Origin: Acidobacteriota bacterium
Lineage (GTDB): Bacteria > Acidobacteriota > UBA890 > WLXD01
Assembly: GCA_963666215.2 (NCBI GenBank)
Contig: CAXWPL010000003.1
Span: 128,001 to 192,000 of the forward strand
Direction: 5' to 3'
Length of the DNA: 64,000 nt
Each line of letters opens with the position of its first letter. Within the stretch, counting starts at the first letter, position 1. This document shows positions 61,182-64,000 of this stretch, in pieces. Below the pieces are notes generated by a model. The model did not search any database. It was given only the letters and a program-made list of their open reading frames with translations, and had not been told where the DNA came from. The position numbers and the translations under genes were made by a program.

Positions 61182-62923
61182 GAGGCCTGCTCACGCAGCC
61201 AAGCGAGTGCGTTGGGGAGCTCGTCGATCAGATCTTGTGCCACCAGCGCTGTTTCGCCTACTCGCGCAGCCGCGAGGTCGCCGCATCGGCCGTGGAGAAA
61301 CGCTCCAGCTCGGGCGGCATCGGCCGGTTCGATTCCTTGAACGATCATCGCCGCGAGCATGCCGGTCAAGACGTCTCCTGAGCCGCCGGTTGCCATGCCG
61401 GGGTTGCCGGTGGGGTTGAGAGTTGGCGATTCGGCGGCTTCGGCTTCCGCTTCGGGTGTGGCCACCAGCGTGCCCGAGCCCTTGAGCAGCACGATCGCAG
61501 CGGAGAGCTCGGCGGCACGGCGCACGGCGCCCACACGATCGGCCTGGATCTCGGCAGCTGAAACCCCGAGCAATCGGCCCAGCTCGCCCGGATGTGGCGT
61601 CAGCAACAGAGGCGCGGACGGCTGGCGGGAGTGCCGTAGATCGCAAATTCGATGCAACGAGCCTGCGAAGATGTTGAGAGCGTCGGCGTCGAGTACCACG
61701 GGCTTGGCGACGTGCTCGATCAATGCGCACACCAGCGCTCCCACGTCGGGGGACGACCCGAGGCCCGGTCCAACGGCAACAACATCCGCGCGCGCGGCGA
61801 GCTGCAGGAGCTGATCGAACGCGGGGTGCTGGTCGCTTGCCGCGACGGAGGCTTCGGGGGTGATCTCGCCAGCGGATCCTCGGGCTCGAGCGCCTCGGCT
61901 GCCTGAACTGTCGGAACGGGCGGTGAAGGCCGCCGCTACGGCCAGTGGGACGACGAGCGCCTCCACCAGTTGCGAGGCCACCGCAGCGTGAACCTGCTCG
62001 TCACATGCGACAGTCACCAAACCGGCCCCGGTTCTGAGGGCCGCGCGTCCGGCAAGCACGGCGGCGCCCGCCATGCCAACGGAGCCAGCCACAATCAGCA
62101 CGCGGCCGTAGTCGCCCTTGTGACCAACGCTAGCGCGGGACGCAATGAGATTGGTGGCCAATGCCGCGGCGTCGGCGGGGGTCATCAGCCGCAGGATGGC
62201 GGGCGCGGCCTCGAGCAGCTGCCGCGGAATGCCGATGTCGACGACGACTACCTCGCCGCACTGATCGGCCGCTGGCGAAACGACGTGACACACCTTCGGC
62301 GCGGCAAACGTCACCGTCACATCGGCATCAACAACTGGGCCGGGAAGATGCCCGCTGTCGGCCAAAAGCCCGCTTGGCAGGTCCACCGAGATCACCAACA
62401 CACCCGCCGCATGTGCGGCGTTGATCGAGCCCGATCCGCAGTCGGCGCTGGAGCCGATTCCATGGATCGCCTCAGCAATCGCCCCGCGCGCCGGGCCCGT
62501 TGCTCCTGTGCCCAGCAACGCATCCACGATGCAGTCGTGCCCCGACAAATCGGGCAGGCGGGACGAATCGCCCCCGGGCTCACTCGCCTGAGCCTCGACG
62601 ATGTGCACGCCCATGCCGGCGGCGATGCGAAGATTGAGCGCGGCATCTCCACGAAGCTCGTCGGCGCCGGCAAACAGATACACCACAACGTCGGAGCCGA
62701 GGTTGTGAAGGTGGCGCGCCACCACCAGCCCGTCGCCACCGTTGTTGCCCTTGCCACACAGCACCGCGACCGAGGCGGGTAGATCGCCGTCGAAGTGCTC
62801 GGCGATCGAATCGAGCACATGCACGCCGGCGTTCTCCATCAGGAGGGCACCGGGAATGCTGTATTCTTCGATCGCCGCAGCATCGCAGCGCTGCATCTGC
62901 TGCGCGCTCAGCACCTTGATCAT
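61178..62923 (-). CDS. nnr: Bifunctional NAD(P)H-hydrate epimerase/dehydratase
   Basis: LMENAG, CGKGNNGGDG, DALLGTG, HKGDYG, GPGLG, LTPHPGE, MATGGSGDVLTG. Confidence 0.94.
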   Translation of the reverse strand: MIKVLSAQQMQRCDAAAIEEYSIPGALLMENAGVHVLDSIAEHFDGDLPASVAVLCGKGNNGGDGLVVARHLHNLGSDVVVYLFAGADELRGDAALNLRIAAGMGVHIVEAQASEPGGDSSRLPDLSGHDCIVDALLGTGATGPARGAIAEAIHGIGSSADCGSGSINAAHAAGVLVISVDLPSGLLADSGHLPGPVVDADVTVTFAAPKVCHVVSPAADQCGEVVVVDIGIPRQLLEAAPAILRLMTPADAAALATNLIASRASVGHKGDYGRVLIVAGSVGMAGAAVLAGRAALRTGAGLVTVACDEQVHAAVASQLVEALVVPLAVAAAFTARSDSSGSRGARARGSAGEITPEASVAASDQHPAFDQLLQLAARADVVAVGPGLGSSPDVGALVCALIEHVAKPVVLDADALNIFAGSLHRICDLRHSRQPSAPLLLTPHPGELGRLLGVSAAEIQADRVGAVRRAAELSAAIVLLKGSGTLVATPEAEAEAAESPTLNPTGNPGMATGGSGDVLTGMLAAMIVQGIEPADAARAGAFLHGRCGDLAAARVGETALVAQDLIDELPNALAWLREQAS

Positions 62924-62940
62924 CACCGGATTATAAGGCC

Positions 62941-64000
62941 ATGCCCCTGCGTTGTTTGCGCTTTTCGAGCGCCGGCGAGTCCCACGGCCCCATGCTGATC
63001 GGCCTCCTCGACGGCCTCCCCGCGGGCCTGCCACTCGACCTGGCGGCGATCGATGCGGAGCTGGCGCGCCGCATGAAGGGCTACGGTCGCGGCAAGCGCA
63101 TGAAGATCGAGGCCGACGCGGCCCGCATTGTAGGTGGCGTGCGGCTGGGCGAGACGCTCGGAAGCCCGGTAGCGTGGCTCATCGAGAACCGCGATTGGCC
63201 CAACTGGCAGGAGGTGATGTCCGCCGGCACGATCGGTTCGGGTGGTGTGGCCGAAAGCGGCAATTCGATGTCCGCCGACGAGCAGATCGACAGGCGGCGT
63301 ATCAGTCGTCCGCGGCCGGGGCACGCCGACCTTGCCGGCGGTCTCAAGTACGATCGCGGCGACCTGCGCGACATTCTCGAGCGCGCCAGCGCCCGCGAGA
63401 CCGCCTCGAGGGTGGCGGCAGGAGCCATTTGTCGGCAGCTGCTCGAGAAGTTTGGCGTGGCGATCACCAGCCACGTCCGTCGCATCGGATCGGCGGCACT
63501 CGACGACGATCGCACGCTCAGCTTCGAGGACATCACGGCCGCCGTCGACGCGTCGCTGGTGCGTTGTGCCGACTCGCAGCTCGAAACCGCGATGATCGCG
63601 GCCATCGACGTCGCAACCAACACCTTGGAGACGCTCGGAGGCACGTTCGAGGTGGTGGCGCGAGGATTGTTGCCCGGGCTCGGAAGCCACGTGCAGTGGG
63701 ATCGCAAGCTCGAGGGACGCATCGCTCAGGCAATGCTGTCGATTCCGGCTCAGAAGGGCGTTGAAATTGGACGCGCCCGGTGGGCGGCGGCACGCCCCGG
63801 ATCCGAGGTCCACGACGAGATCCACGTGGACGAAGCAACGCCCGGCGGCTTCCGCCGCTCGAGTAACACCGCCGGCGGGATTGAGGGCGGTATCAGCAAC
63901 GGCGAGGAGTTGCGCGTGACCGTCGACATGAAACCCCTGTCGACGCTGCGTAAGCCCCTCGCTTCGGTCGACATCGACACGCGCGAGCCCATCGAAGCGG
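62941..64000 (+). CDS. aroC: Chorismate synthase (runs off window end)
   Basis: Manual translation: SAGESHGP, RRMKGYGRG, RPRPGHADL, LERASARETA, GGIEGGISNG, MKPLSTL. Confidence 0.96.
   Translation, partial: MPLRCLRFSSAGESHGPMLIGLLDGLPAGLPLDLAAIDAELARRMKGYGRGKRMKIEADAARIVGGVRLGETLGSPVAWLIENRDWPNWQEVMSAGTIGSGGVAESGNSMSADEQIDRRRISRPRPGHADLAGGLKYDRGDLRDILERASARETASRVAAGAICRQLLEKFGVAITSHVRRIGSAALDDDRTLSFEDITAAVDASLVRCADSQLETAMIAAIDVATNTLETLGGTFEVVARGLLPGLGSHVQWDRKLEGRIAQAMLSIPAQKGVEIGRARWAAARPGSEVHDEIHVDEATPGGFRRSSNTAGGIEGGISNGEELRVTVDMKPLSTLRKPLASVDIDTREPIEA

Overview
GC-rich bacterial chromosomal window. It is Acidobacteriota-like by inference, from an ADOP-type permease remnant and PilV/W/X-style minor pilins. 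Housekeeping genes include thrABC, thrS, sua5, tsaE, nnr, secA, guaB, aroC, arfB, pdxH and an eda-like aldolase. Around them lie many exported hydrolases and peptidases (S9, an M16 pair, M20, a serine hydrolase), transporters and several gene remnants (xanthine-dehydrogenase-family C-terminus, ADOP C-terminus, and a mosaic of radical SAM/IS30/phage-like/methyltransferase scraps). The most notable signals are not in the ORF track: (1) an exported DUF3179 protein split by an in-frame UGA with an adjacent SECIS-like hairpin (probable selenoprotein, U-P-L-A motif); (2) a ~170-nt rod-shaped, GGA-rich ncRNA candidate at 28.6-28.8 kb with its own promoter and U-tail; (3) a second ~125-nt structured intergenic RNA candidate between thrS and sua5; (4) a hybrid histidine kinase apparently lacking its phospho-acceptor His; (5) repeated leaderless-promoter architecture. 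Three single-base frameshifts and one TAG in otherwise intact reading frames may be sequencing errors or recent pseudogenisation. No CRISPR array, rRNA or tRNA was recognised. All family calls come from motif recognition by eye, not database searches.
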